From an uncultured virus (IMG/VR IMGVR_UViG_3300049491_000674) (lineage: Duplodnaviria; Heunggongvirae; Uroviricota; Caudoviricetes), in IMG/VR virus record IMGVR_UViG_3300049491_000674: DNA of 64,000 nt. One strand, written 5' to 3'. A program made the position numbers and the translations under genes. Positions within the stretch are counted from its first letter, which is position 1, and every line of letters starts with the position of its first letter. This document shows, piece by piece, positions 49,294-59,549 of this stretch. The notes beneath the pieces are model-generated. The model saw only the letters and a list, made by a program, of their open reading frames with translations. It was not told the DNA's origin and did no database searches.

Positions 49294-50388
49294 ATGCCTG
49301 GCACTGTTATCCCATCGACTCCTAAAGCTCAGCTTGGCACACGTCACCAGTTCACTTGGAGTGATGTAGCACCTGAGATCGGGGCGTTTTGCTTCAATGC
49401 TGGAAATCCTTTCCCTGGGCCACCCGAGCTTCAGGGGGCAGGAGTGGTCGTTCGAGGGCGATCTTTCACCAACCCTGGGGTAGCTGACATCACCATCCCA
49501 GCAGGACCTGGGGTTTCGTTTGACTTGTTCCGGGGGTCGGACAGCACCTCCGCCACAGTCACCTTTGGCCCAGGTGTGTACTCAGTCAACGATATCGTAA
49601 CAGGGATCAACGGCTCACTCCCAGCTTGGTCCGCCCCTAGTTTTGCATACGCTTCCCCTGTTGGGGGTGGGGCTCTTATGCTGGTGGACAAGAAACCAGT
49701 CGGGGATGCAAGCATCGAAGTACGTTTGGATCTTACTTCGTCCGTTACCAGAGAAGATGCAGCTGCATTTACTGGATTTTCATGGGGTACTCGTTCGACG
49801 GCGAATACCGCAAAGACAACTCAGTCGGTGATGGATCGGGAATTCTCTGGGTACTTGTTCAAAGGGGACGTCTCAAACGAATATCAAATCCCAGCAGGGT
49901 CCGATTCAGTTAGTGTTTTGACCCGGGTGAGCACGAGACAGGGTGTTTCCCCCGTCATGCTGTTGTTTTGGTCAGATGGGGCAACACCCTTTAACGGAGG
50001 GGCACCAACCTTCGTGTTGCCTGCAACCACGACAGTTCCAGCTATCTACACGCTCTTCGACTTTGGCCTACAGGAATTCGAAATGATTCCGGTGAAAGAA
50101 GTTGAAAGTGGGGCTTACCCACTAGAGGACGCCAGTTCGTTCATACTGTTTCCATTCAAGAGCATGCCGGGGTACTACATCGACCCTACTCCCCCAAACA
50201 ACATCTCTGAGATTTGGGTCAACTCCTCGCTTACGTTGGTGCCTCCCCCAGGCATGACTCGCCTTCGAGTCGGATTCGTTACATCTTCCGTGAATGCCAC
50301 GGATTACCCAACCCCTGCTTTGAGTGCCCCAGGGCTTCTTTCTAGGGTGCAGGTATTTGCGTGGGCATCACGAAAGGGAAACATCTAA
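49294..50388 (+). CDS. putative virion structural protein
   Basis: Beta-rich ORF in structural run. Confidence 0.65.
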   Translation: MPGTVIPSTPKAQLGTRHQFTWSDVAPEIGAFCFNAGNPFPGPPELQGAGVVVRGRSFTNPGVADITIPAGPGVSFDLFRGSDSTSATVTFGPGVYSVNDIVTGINGSLPAWSAPSFAYASPVGGGALMLVDKKPVGDASIEVRLDLTSSVTREDAAAFTGFSWGTRSTANTAKTTQSVMDREFSGYLFKGDVSNEYQIPAGSDSVSVLTRVSTRQGVSPVMLLFWSDGATPFNGGAPTFVLPATTTVPAIYTLFDFGLQEFEMIPVKEVESGAYPLEDASSFILFPFKSMPGYYIDPTPPNNISEIWVNSSLTLVPPPGMTRLRVGFVTSSVNATDYPTPALSAPGLLSRVQVFAWASRKGNI

Positions 50389-50391
50389 GTC

Positions 50392-51084
50392 ATGCCCGTT
50401 CGTAATCCCTCCCGGCCTGTTGTCCGTCTTGGTGGAGATGTTGCTAAGAACGTCCCTTCTTTGACGGTCACTGGTTTGCAGGGTCGCCCTGTTGTCGAAA
50501 CAACCCCGGTGTTGGGGGATTTTCTCGGGTGGACCGGATCTGAGTGGTCCCCTGTTGTAGGGCCATCTGGGTCTTTTTCGGCCGGAGGGGACCTAACCGG
50601 CACATCGTCCAATCAGACGGTCGTAGGTCTTCAAACGGTGCCCGTTTCAGCTGTGCCCCCAACGTTGGGTCAGGTGCTGACTTTTGATGGGGTCAACTGG
50701 GAAGGAGCTACTCCCGCTGGAAGTACAGCCACATCCATCGATGAACTCTATGGGTGTGTTGTAACCGTAGCAGTAGGGGATGCGGTCTACGTGTCCGCCC
50801 CAAGCACGGTAGACAAGGCGAATGCCAGCTCAGTCTCGACGGCTCCTGCCATTGGTATCGTTTCCTCGAAACCAAGCGGGACGACCGCTTACGTACGCGT
50901 CAGCGGTTCAATCTCTGGGTTTGTAGGGCTAACCACAGGACAGAAGTACTTTCTAAGCACAACCGCAGGTGTGGTCACTACGACCCCTGTGGACGCACCT
51001 GGAAATATAGCTCAAGTGATTGGGGTGGCGACAAGCACCACTACTTTGATGATCAACCCAGAATCTACTTTTGTTCTGATGTAA
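50392..51084 (+). CDS. putative virion decoration protein
   Basis: GGDL/V..VxGLQ..PxxGxxLxW/FxGxxW repeats; C-terminal domain like that of 51369 gene. Confidence 0.65.
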   Translation: MPVRNPSRPVVRLGGDVAKNVPSLTVTGLQGRPVVETTPVLGDFLGWTGSEWSPVVGPSGSFSAGGDLTGTSSNQTVVGLQTVPVSAVPPTLGQVLTFDGVNWEGATPAGSTATSIDELYGCVVTVAVGDAVYVSAPSTVDKANASSVSTAPAIGIVSSKPSGTTAYVRVSGSISGFVGLTTGQKYFLSTTAGVVTTTPVDAPGNIAQVIGVATSTTTLMINPESTFVLM

Positions 51085-51094
51085 GAGAAAAGAT

Positions 51095-51313
51095 ATGGCG
51101 AGATTTAAGTGGCTTGGCGAACCCACACGAGAAGGTTTGACCTACGGGGAGACCACACGGTTTGATGTCCCTACAAAAACAGGGTCCCAAACGCTACTCC
51201 CCATTTCACCTGCCACGTATTTTGCGATCGGCCAGGATATCGGACACGACATCAATTGCCCTCTGTGCATCACGGCTCTCAACGCAGACCCGAGGTTTGA
51301 GTTGATCCCTTAG
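51095..51313 (+). CDS. hypothetical protein
   Basis: Packed ORF. Confidence 0.6.
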   Translation: MARFKWLGEPTREGLTYGETTRFDVPTKTGSQTLLPISPATYFAIGQDIGHDINCPLCITALNADPRFELIP

Positions 51314-51368
51314 TTTATGAGCCTGCTAAATTTTCTGAGCCCCTTCCCAACCGATAAGGTGAACTAAC

Positions 51369-53969
51369 ATGGCCGCTCTCTCCGCAATTACTCTCCAGTC
51401 TGGCGTTTCCACTCGCGTTGGGAATGCCCAGGTTCTTCAGGTCGGAGCTGGAATCGACTCGAACGCTGCCGGGCTCCTGTCTGTTGCCGGTACGGGAGCA
51501 GTGGCGACTTCTCTTGCTGTTGGTACAGCCGCTGGAATCACTGCTATCACTATCGGCAACGCGACCGCGACGGTCACGTTTCCTGGCATCGTCTCTTTTA
51601 CGAGCACCACGGCTGCCCCAGACGTCAGTTTTGCTGGTGATGTCACCATCGGGGATAATGCTAATGACGACCTTACAGTTACGTCGTCCATTGTCGGTAG
51701 TTTGTCTTTCAAGAAGGAAGCGAATCACTCTGTATTGGTGGTTGCCACCACCACAAACGGAACCGCAGGTGGAAATCTTTCAATGGCGTCCGGGGCTGGA
51801 GCCACGGGTGTTGGTGTAGCTGGTGGGGTTGGTGGTTCAGTCACTGTGGTTGGTGGTAGTGGAGGCAATGGCCCTGCTGCTTCTGCCGCTGGAGCTGGTG
51901 GCTCAGTCACGCTTTCAAGCGGGTCTGCGGGCACCAATAACGGGGGTGGGTCTGCGGCAGGTGGAGATATCTCTCTGCTAACTGGGTCGGGGTCAACCGG
52001 GTCTGGTTCAACTGCTGGTGGTGCTGGCGGTAATGTTTCTGTCACAGCAGCCGGTGGTGCTCCTGGTGGTGCTACAGGTGCAGGTGGTACAGGTGGTGCT
52101 GTTAACATCGGGTCCGGGAAAGGTGGTGCAGCCGGGGGTGGGTCTGCGGCAGGTGGTACCTCTGGTGATATCACAAACACGACTGGAGCTGGTGGAGCTG
52201 GTGGTGCCACCGGTTTCGGCGGTGCTTCAGGAGGCATTTCAAACATCATTGGCAGCGGTGGCGTAGGAGGCACCGGAAAAGCTGGTGGTGATGGTGGTTC
52301 ATTCATCGCTCTCGCTGGTGCTGGTGGGAAGGCCGGAACCACCGGAACGGGTGGTGATGGTGGTTCCGTTGTCCTAACCACTGGTACTGGCGGAAATTCT
52401 CCTGCCGGTAATGGAGGTACTAGCGGAGCGCTTGCCCTCTCTACTGGTGTCAGCGGAGATGGTACCGCAACAGGACAAATTGCAGGCACACCTGGAAATA
52501 TCGTTATTCAGGTTGGGGCTGCTGGTGCCAGTGACACAACTGGACCCGCTGGTGGTTCAGTTACCATCAATGCTGGGGCTGGTTCTGCTGCTGCAAATGA
52601 CCTTGGTGCTGATGGTGGGGCTGTCCTCATCAACGGTGGTATCGGTGGTGCTGGCGGTTCCGGAGACCCCGGTGGTATCGGTGGTGCAGTCACGATTACC
52701 ACTGGTGCTGGTGGGGTTGGTGATGCTGGCTCTTCAAGCGGTATCCTGACAGTCAAGAGCGGTGTTGGTGGTAATGCTAACACTGCCGGTGGCGGAGACA
52801 GCGGTAACGTAGTCTTTGGTTCTGGTACTGCTGGAACCGGAACTTCCTCGTTGTCTGCTGGAAATTCTGGAAGCGTTTCAATTTCGTCCGGTTTGGGCCA
52901 GGATGGCGTCTCTCCTGGTGGCACCGGCAGTTTGGATCTCTTCACCGGTAATGGCGGAGTCCGTCTTGCTGGTGCTGGTGCTGGTGGTGCAGCAGGAAAC
53001 GTCAACATCTACGCTGGTGATCGTGGATCTTCGGCTGGTACCGATGGTGGCGGAACTGGAGCACAGGTTAACCTCACGGCAGGAGCCGGTGGGTTCCGTA
53101 ACACCTCTGGTACTGCTGGTACCGGTGGATCTCTCAACCTTATTGCTGGTGTTGGTGGAAACGGTCTTTCAGGTACCGCCGCAGGTGGTAATGGTGGTAA
53201 TGTCACCATTACTGCCGGTTTGGGTGGAACCCCGAACGTTTCTGGCCCTGGTAACGGTGGTGACGTCATCATCTCTGGTGGTCAAGGAGACGCTTTTGAT
53301 GACGGTGATGGTGGGGATGTCGTTCTAAACGCAGGCTTCGGTCCTGGCACAGGGGTTAACGGCAACGTTATCGTTGGCCAAGACGGAAACACTACTGAGT
53401 TCGTTCTCACGAGCCCCACTCAGCTCAACATCAACGGTGCGGCAACTACGAGCGTAGTCACTGGTACGGCTTTGAACGTCGTGACTGGGGGACCGGCTTC
53501 AAACGCTGACTCGTACCACACTCACGCCGGGATCGGCGGCACCCCAACAAGCGTTCAGCCTACGTACACGGCTGGGACAGGTGGTCTCACCAAGGGCCAT
53601 GTGGCTGCCCTCACGAATTCTACTGGCACCAAGGCGGTTAAAGCGAACGCCGCATCTGGTTCGGGTGGGCTTCAAAACCCCATTGGTTTGGCCTTTGCTG
53701 ACTATTCTGCGGCAGCTACGGCCAGTATCATCTCGTCGGGCGAAACCCCAGACATCACAGACAACACGGTTTGGGAGAGTTCAGCCTTCCCAGTTCAGGC
53801 CACGGATATCGGGAAACGGGTCTATCTTTCGGCTACGACCGCAGGCTGCCTCACTCTGACGGAACCCTCGGGGTCTGGTGACCGAGTTGTTCGTGTGGGT
53901 ATCGTCAGCAAGGGCGGTTCTGCCACGAGCCGTGTCTTCGTCCAAATCGGTGAAGGCGCAACGATTTGA
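51369..53969 (+). CDS. glycine-rich repeat virion fibre-like protein
   Basis: 866 aa with many GGx(V/I)x(I/L)xxGxGG repeats. Confidence 0.75.
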   Translation: MAALSAITLQSGVSTRVGNAQVLQVGAGIDSNAAGLLSVAGTGAVATSLAVGTAAGITAITIGNATATVTFPGIVSFTSTTAAPDVSFAGDVTIGDNANDDLTVTSSIVGSLSFKKEANHSVLVVATTTNGTAGGNLSMASGAGATGVGVAGGVGGSVTVVGGSGGNGPAASAAGAGGSVTLSSGSAGTNNGGGSAAGGDISLLTGSGSTGSGSTAGGAGGNVSVTAAGGAPGGATGAGGTGGAVNIGSGKGGAAGGGSAAGGTSGDITNTTGAGGAGGATGFGGASGGISNIIGSGGVGGTGKAGGDGGSFIALAGAGGKAGTTGTGGDGGSVVLTTGTGGNSPAGNGGTSGALALSTGVSGDGTATGQIAGTPGNIVIQVGAAGASDTTGPAGGSVTINAGAGSAAANDLGADGGAVLINGGIGGAGGSGDPGGIGGAVTITTGAGGVGDAGSSSGILTVKSGVGGNANTAGGGDSGNVVFGSGTAGTGTSSLSAGNSGSVSISSGLGQDGVSPGGTGSLDLFTGNGGVRLAGAGAGGAAGNVNIYAGDRGSSAGTDGGGTGAQVNLTAGAGGFRNTSGTAGTGGSLNLIAGVGGNGLSGTAAGGNGGNVTITAGLGGTPNVSGPGNGGDVIISGGQGDAFDDGDGGDVVLNAGFGPGTGVNGNVIVGQDGNTTEFVLTSPTQLNINGAATTSVVTGTALNVVTGGPASNADSYHTHAGIGGTPTSVQPTYTAGTGGLTKGHVAALTNSTGTKAVKANAASGSGGLQNPIGLAFADYSAAATASIISSGETPDITDNTVWESSAFPVQATDIGKRVYLSATTAGCLTLTEPSGSGDRVVRVGIVSKGGSATSRVFVQIGEGATI

Positions 53970-54017
53970 TTGATTTAGTTGCTCATGGTGCCCTATCCAG
54001 TGTAGAGATGGGGCACC

Positions 54018-54374
54018 ATGAAGAACAAAAAGCCTGTCGTGCCTCCGCCCGCCCCTGTCAGGAAGCAACCGGAGGCTGCCCCCAAGAAGATGGTTGTGCC
54101 GGTCGGTGGGGTTCGTCCTTTCCCGTCGCACGCCCAACAGACCCTCAAGGAAGCTCTCGGGCAGGTGGACCAAGCTCAGCGGGAGTTGGGAGCCAAGTCC
54201 ATGCTGGCACTTCAGGCTGACACGCAGATGCGGCAAGCAGCTCAAGCTCTGGAGTTGAAGCAAGAAGCCCTCATGGCTCTGTCCAAGAAGATCTTGAACG
54301 AGATGGGAGAGGATACGGTATCCCAGAGCTGGAACGTGGATTTCTCGACGTTCGAAGCTAAACGCGTCTTCTGA
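54018..54374 (+). CDS. hypothetical coiled-coil protein
   Basis: ORF. Confidence 0.7.
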   Translation: MKNKKPVVPPPAPVRKQPEAAPKKMVVPVGGVRPFPSHAQQTLKEALGQVDQAQRELGAKSMLALQADTQMRQAAQALELKQEALMALSKKILNEMGEDTVSQSWNVDFSTFEAKRVF

Positions 54375-54418
54375 GGCTTTTCTTTTTGATCCTGTACGAG
54401 GATCAACCTAGTAGAGGG

Positions 54419-54556
54419 GTTCGAAGGTTGAACAGGGGTCCTGGTTGGGGCTCTCTGAGGCAACCCGACCCTTTAGTAGCTGTTTGCCCAGCAAAACAGG
54501 GTCGGTGCAGAGAGTCGGGAAGTTTGAGTCTTCCCGCCCCTGTTCAGCCTTCGAAC
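54419..54556 (+). ncRNA. structured small RNA with 20-bp terminal stem and T-loop-like hairpin
   Basis: Class I promoter 54383-54412 with no ATG after it; nested stems. Confidence 0.7.
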
Positions 54557-54557
54557 G

Positions 54558-55160
54558 TAACTTGAACTGCTTAAACGCCTGCGAGCCCACAGCTCCGCGG
54601 GCGTTGCTGTTTTGGTAGTGCCCCGTTTGGGTGTATAGTTGGTTAACGGTCCCTTCCATCGTGTGGAATCGGATCTGGCCGATCCTCATCCCCGCGTAGA
54701 CCCGGATGGGGTGCTGCACGATGACTTCCAGCGTGTATTGTCCGTCGAACCCAGGATCCCCGTAGCCTGCCGTAGCGTGAATCTGAACGAAAAGACGGCC
54801 AATCGACGACTTCCCGTCCACGATGGGAACGTACTTGGTAGTCGAGATACGTTCGACCGTATGCATCAAGTACCCGATCCCAGGCTTCAAGACCCAACCG
54901 CGTTGTGGGTCGATCTTGGTTTTGAGTACCCTTGGTTCCTCACGTACGTCCAAAACTCTGGAGGTGGGTACGATGAATGTTCCGTCGTCGGGTTCAGAAA
55001 TTGCGTGATTGGTTGTCCAAGGAACGTAGACGCCTACCTCCTCTCCGAGAGTCAGGTCGTAGCTCGTAGGATTGAGCTGTTTCTCGCTCCAAGGGTCAAT
55101 TTTGATGTCTCCCGCTTCGATGGCAGCAGCGATTGAAGCGTCGGTCAAGATTCCAGGCAT
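54558..55160 (-). CDS. dcd: dCTP deaminase (TTA end)
   Basis: QLNPTSYDLTLG, DGKSSIGRL, TAGYGDPGFDGQYTLE, GMRIGQ. Confidence 0.9.
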
Positions 55161-55204
55161 GAGCCCCCATACACCACGAAAGCTCTTGTACGTGCGTATA
55201 AGTG

Positions 55205-56116
55205 ATGTCAGGCATCGGAACAGACGGTTTTGGCAGCTTGTTTCGCTTTGGCGAAGGTGCTGGAGGCGGAGGAGGCTCAATCGCCTGGTCCCCTTCTGGG
55301 GCCGGGACCGCTACGACGTGGGATGATGTTCGGGGTATTCTCGCTGATACGCGAAGCCCCATGGTCATCAACATGGTCGACTCTCAAGGCACCTACAACA
55401 TCACAGGCACCACGGACCTGAAGTTTTCTACCCTTGTTGCTGCCCCTGGGATCAACGCAAATGTCCAGGTTGCAGATGGGGCCCAGCTTGTAAACGGAGG
55501 GATCAACCAACTCGTTTCTGGGTTGTTCAATGGAGGGATGGCAGTCACATTCAACTCTACGGGAGGCTCGCCCAATCCGTTGTTTTGGGATTCACAGGCA
55601 GACCCAAGCCGCTTCGCTCCGTTCGCCTTTGGTGGGGGTGCTACCCTTCAAAACAACGGGACCGTACCAGTCATCAATGTGCGGACAAACCCAGATGGCC
55701 TACTTGTGTTCATCCTGGAAAATACAGCGGGTATCTTGACTGGTACCGGGCCGATCATCCACTTGGAAGATGGAGCGGTTTTGTTTCTCTCCTGGGGAAA
55801 TAACGGGGCTTCGATGTCCTTTGACCCCGGCTTCGTGACGGCAGATAACCCGGCATCCAATACCATTGGAATCCTCTCAGTTGGGGGCTTCGACTTTGAT
55901 CGTATCTCCACTTGGGTGGGGGTTGCAGGGGCAACGGTCATCAACAACCCTTTGAGTATGGAGGGGGGCTCTGGACCTTCTGCTTACCGCCCATTTGGTG
56001 CGATCGGCCCCCTTGTTCGAGGGACGCACTACTGGGATGCAGACCTCGTACCCCCACGTCCAATTTTTTGGAATGGGTCATCCTTTGACGATGCACTTGG
56101 GGTTGGTCCTGTTTTA
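55205..56116 (+). CDS. putative virion protein (DGFGxLF N-terminus; TTATG overlap)
   Basis: Paralogous N-terminus; ends YWD..PIFWNGSSF. Confidence 0.7.
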
Positions 56117-56436
56117 TGCCTACATTCAAGACGATAGACAAGCTCAACCCCCCGTCTCTCACGGACGCCCCTGGGGCCATGGGAAGCGAAGTAAACGTAG
56201 CGGACTACGACGACATTACCGTTCAGTTTACGGGTGACTTTGGAGGGGCCGTCTTTGATGTGGTAGGAAGGGTTACTGACTCTGGAACTTACGTAAAACT
56301 CTTTCAGTGTCCTGGCCCAGGGCAATACCGAGTCCCCATCTCAACCATGTATATCTCCACTCAACTCGTCACGACAGGAAACCCTCCCAACCCAGGGGAT
56401 ATCACCGGTTGGGTCGGAGGTAGGTCGGCAAGCTAA
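56116..56436 (+). CDS. putative virion protein
   Basis: ORF; TAATG coupling. Confidence 0.65.
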   Translation: MPTFKTIDKLNPPSLTDAPGAMGSEVNVADYDDITVQFTGDFGGAVFDVVGRVTDSGTYVKLFQCPGPGQYRVPISTMYISTQLVTTGNPPNPGDITGWVGGRSAS

Positions 56437-56621
56437 TGACCCTACTCAATCTCAAAGAAGTCAAAGCTCTTTTGAACCCTATCTACCTCGATGCAGAGGA
56501 TCAGCCTTGTGCGTTGGAGGATGCTGTAGCGACTCGGGTGGGTAACCTTCGTCTTTGCCGCAAAGGTGGACCGTTGAAACAGCTCGTAAACGGTGTGTGG
56601 GTGGTCTTCAGAGGTCCCTGA
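56436..56621 (+). CDS. hypothetical protein
   Basis: TAATG coupling. Confidence 0.55.
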   Translation: MTLLNLKEVKALLNPIYLDAEDQPCALEDAVATRVGNLRLCRKGGPLKQLVNGVWVVFRGP

Positions 56622-56655
56622 CCCGAGCACCCTCCTCGTCATCAGAGAGCCGATC

Positions 56656-57202
56656 CTACACGTATCCGCCTTTACCTCTCAATTCTCGACGATGTTCAGC
56701 CCCGTTGCGGTTGATGTGATCGATAGCGAGAAATTGTATGTGTTTGTCCTTACAACACGCGCAAAAAGGCTCTATCCCTCCGCTGTAAATGCCTCAAGAC
56801 AGCAAGCTTTTTGGCCCATCTGCTAGCTCGGCTTCGCTGAGCATCTTTGTTCTCCGATAGAGCCGCCATGAGCGGGGGCTTGGCAGGCTCGTATATCCGG
56901 GTCGCTACGTGACCGTAGATGTAACGCTGCTTATTGCCGAATTTGTTGTAGTTCGGCAGGGTATTTCCGCAACCACAGCCACATAGGATCTGCTTGGCCG
57001 TGAGCACTCGCTGCGGGACATGTCCTTCTGGCTTCTTTTTCCCGTGCCCGAAGATGAAACGAAGAGTGACACCGTTTGCGTTCCATTCTTTGAGACTCCC
57101 CCCGCAGCCACACCCACAGAGAATGTCCCGTGCGCTTTTAAGCTTCCGTTTTCGCCAGTCTTCTAGGTACTGACGCCGGGCTTCAGGGTCTTTGTGTGGC
57201 AT
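56656..57202 (-). pseudogene. CGCGCG-repeat protein with frameshifted, truncated HNH domain
   Basis: Two LCGCGCG..GH repeats; +1 frame gives CACC..FLAIDHINRNG..HRR. Confidence 0.6.
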
Positions 57203-57245
57203 GTGCCTATCATACCCCCTACAGACTATCGTGTCAATTAACCCT

Positions 57246-57545
57246 TTACCCCCTGCAAAACCGGAGATTTGCTGCCAACCTGAACTCCCGTACGAAAGGT
57301 ATGCCGAACCACCTGTCATTCGAGTTGGACCGGAAACCACGAACCTTCCTTGGGGTCTCTCGCCCTACGTAGGTGAGCCCAGCCTCTTGCCCTAGGCGAA
57401 TGATTGTCGAAACGTGGATCCCCACTTCGTCGGCGATCTTTTCCGCGTCTTTGAATGAGAAGCTCGTTTCTTCGTTACCCAGCTTCTCGTCCACTAGTTG
57501 CAGCACTGCTGTAGCGGCAGAAGCAAGGAGCATCGTGGGGAGCAT
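57246..57545 (-). CDS. hypothetical protein, possible HTH
   Basis: Class I promoter; KIADEVGIHVSTIIR. Confidence 0.6.
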   Translation of the reverse strand: MLPTMLLASAATAVLQLVDEKLGNEETSFSFKDAEKIADEVGIHVSTIIRLGQEAGLTYVGRETPRKVRGFRSNSNDRWFGIPFVREFRLAANLRFCRG

Positions 57546-57633
57546 ACCCCTACTAGGTTTTGGGGGTAGCCGATCAAATCAGGAAGTCGAAGGCGATCTT
57601 TTTGATCCTTCGAGTCAGAGGTCTAGTGCCCCC

Positions 57634-57819
57634 ATGGACATCACCATCTCTTTCGAGACGCCCGTAGGGACCTTCGACTCGTACCTGCTGGCCTCTGCTG
57701 CGTGCGAGCGGTGCGACCTCGATCCGGTCGAGTGCATCATGGTCAAGAAGAGCCCCGTCAGCTTTGCCCAGCCTGTGTGGGAAATGAGCCGTGACGGAAT
57801 TCATGCAAGCCGGGTTTGA
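57634..57819 (+). CDS. small hypothetical protein
   Basis: Class I promoter. Confidence 0.6.
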   Translation: MDITISFETPVGTFDSYLLASAACERCDLDPVECIMVKKSPVSFAQPVWEMSRDGIHASRV

Positions 57820-57847
57820 TCAACGTCTTCAGAGGACTAGTACCCCC

Positions 57848-58054
57848 ATGAACATCGTGACCAAAGCAGCTCGCCGCGCCACCCGAGACGTTTCTGGTGG
57901 CGAGATCCACCTTGGGAAGCTCAAGACCCAAGGTCACCGCAAGGCCCGCCGTCACATGAAGTACGTGACTCGGATGGTCACCTCTGGGGGCTTCGATGCG
58001 GATGCCATCAACTTCAACCCCAACTTCACCGTCGACAGCCGGGATGTGAGCTGA
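57848..58054 (+). CDS. small basic protein
   Basis: Class I promoter. Confidence 0.65.
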   Translation: MNIVTKAARRATRDVSGGEIHLGKLKTQGHRKARRHMKYVTRMVTSGGFDADAINFNPNFTVDSRDVS

Positions 58055-58057
58055 GCC

Positions 58058-58666
58058 ATGGACACCACTACTTTCCCCCGAATGGTCGAAAAGCTCCCCG
58101 AGGGTCAGCTTGGGCTCGCCAAGGTGAAGCATGTCGAGGTCTCGGAGCAGGCTGCAAGCTTCAGTCAGATTCGAGCGGTAGTCACGGGAGGTCGAGAGCA
58201 GCCCATCAACGCGGGCACCTACGCACAGCTTCACGTGGGGCCCGTGCTCATGATGAGTGATACGCAGATGGAACGACGCTCCAACTACGAAGTCGTCCGT
58301 AAAGCCAAAGGACACGTCCTCATCGCAGGGTTGGTCCTCGGGATGATCCTGCACCCGATCTTGACCAAGGAAGAGGTCATACAGGTCACTGTGGTGGAGA
58401 AGTACGGGGATGTCATCAAGCTCGTGGGCCCGACCCTGCCCCACCAAGAAAAACTCAAGATCGTCGAGGCTGATGTGCTCGACTGGAAGCCCGAGAAGGG
58501 TACCCGATTCGACACGATCTACTTCGACATCTGGCCTGACATCACAGAGGAAAACCTAGACGACATGGCCGTGCTTCATCGTCGGTTCGCGCACTTCAAA
58601 CAGCCTGGGGGCTGGATGGATTCCTGGAACAAGGAACTGCTCACTTCGAGGTACCGTCGTCGGTGA
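58058..58666 (+). CDS. class I SAM-binding fold protein (methyltransferase / spermidine-synthase-like)
   Basis: MMSDT, VLIAGLVLG, VTVVEK, ADV, FDTIYFDIW. Confidence 0.75.
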   Translation: MDTTTFPRMVEKLPEGQLGLAKVKHVEVSEQAASFSQIRAVVTGGREQPINAGTYAQLHVGPVLMMSDTQMERRSNYEVVRKAKGHVLIAGLVLGMILHPILTKEEVIQVTVVEKYGDVIKLVGPTLPHQEKLKIVEADVLDWKPEKGTRFDTIYFDIWPDITEENLDDMAVLHRRFAHFKQPGGWMDSWNKELLTSRYRRR

Positions 58667-58728
58667 GCAAATCCTTCCTCGACAGTAGCTATTTTTTTGA
58701 TCGACCTGCATCAGAGCCTAGTACGAGA

Positions 58729-58914
58729 ATGGAATCCCTGAACCCTTCTCGTGGACGCCCTGTCGGGGTCATCGGCTTTGGCCGATTCACGCCCACCCAG
58801 GTTGAGGCGTTTCAGAAGGGGCAGCTCGATGAGGCCATCACTCGGGCGAAGATGGCCCGTAAGCCCGTCCTTAGCCAGGAGGAGATGTACGCAGCCCTCT
58901 TCGTTTCTGAGTAG
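58729..58914 (+). CDS. small hypothetical protein
   Basis: Class I promoter. Confidence 0.6.
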   Translation: MESLNPSRGRPVGVIGFGRFTPTQVEAFQKGQLDEAITRAKMARKPVLSQEEMYAALFVSE

Positions 58915-58935
58915 CTTACAGGGCCCTCCTGGCCG

Positions 58936-59271
58936 TCACGCCTGGGGCATCTTCTGAGCAACGCCTGTGGTCAATAGGGCGTAGATGAACAAGGTAGAGA
59001 GTGCGTCATCCGACAGGTCAGCCGGGAGGGTGATTTTTACCCTCCGGTTTTGGCTCAAGCCCTGGGTGATCAGGCCGATCGTCGCGTACAGAGAGGTGTG
59101 CCCGGTCTCGCGGGCCATTTCCTGGACCATTTCGATCGGCTGCCCACGATAAATGGCGGGTTCCGCACCACCCTGAGGGATCCAGATGGCGGAAGGAATG
59201 TGGCGAACGTTGGAGTCGAAAACCCGAGGAGGAGTGTTGATCATGACACCTTTGTGGGTGGAAAAATGCAT
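58936..59271 (-). CDS. hypothetical protein
   Basis: ORF. Confidence 0.6.
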   Translation of the reverse strand: MHFSTHKGVMINTPPRVFDSNVRHIPSAIWIPQGGAEPAIYRGQPIEMVQEMARETGHTSLYATIGLITQGLSQNRRVKITLPADLSDDALSTLFIYALLTTGVAQKMPQA

Positions 59272-59549
59272 GGGCCTAGTTTTCGCTGTGAGGGGTTCGT
59301 TTTCTTTACCGCCCTCCAAGCTGGAGCCTTTCCAGTGGATTCAACCGAAACTTCCTGTCGGGAGTCCTCAACGAAGCTGACCGAAGAGACCCTGTACTCT
59401 CCGACTACACTGAGAACCTCAGCTCTCCCGTTGAGAATCCGCTCAAGCTTGAAGTTTAGCCTGATGCGGTCTCCTTGCCTTAGAGGGGGTAGAGTCAGTT
59501 TCACCTTTGGGGCTGGAACTTCGAGAATGAGCAACGAAGCGAGATGCAT
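59241..59549 (-). CDS. hypothetical protein
   Basis: GGTGTA motif upstream. Confidence 0.6.
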   Translation of the reverse strand: MHLASLLILEVPAPKVKLTLPPLRQGDRIRLNFKLERILNGRAEVLSVVGEYRVSSVSFVEDSRQEVSVESTGKAPAWRAVKKTNPSQRKLGPCIFPPTKVS

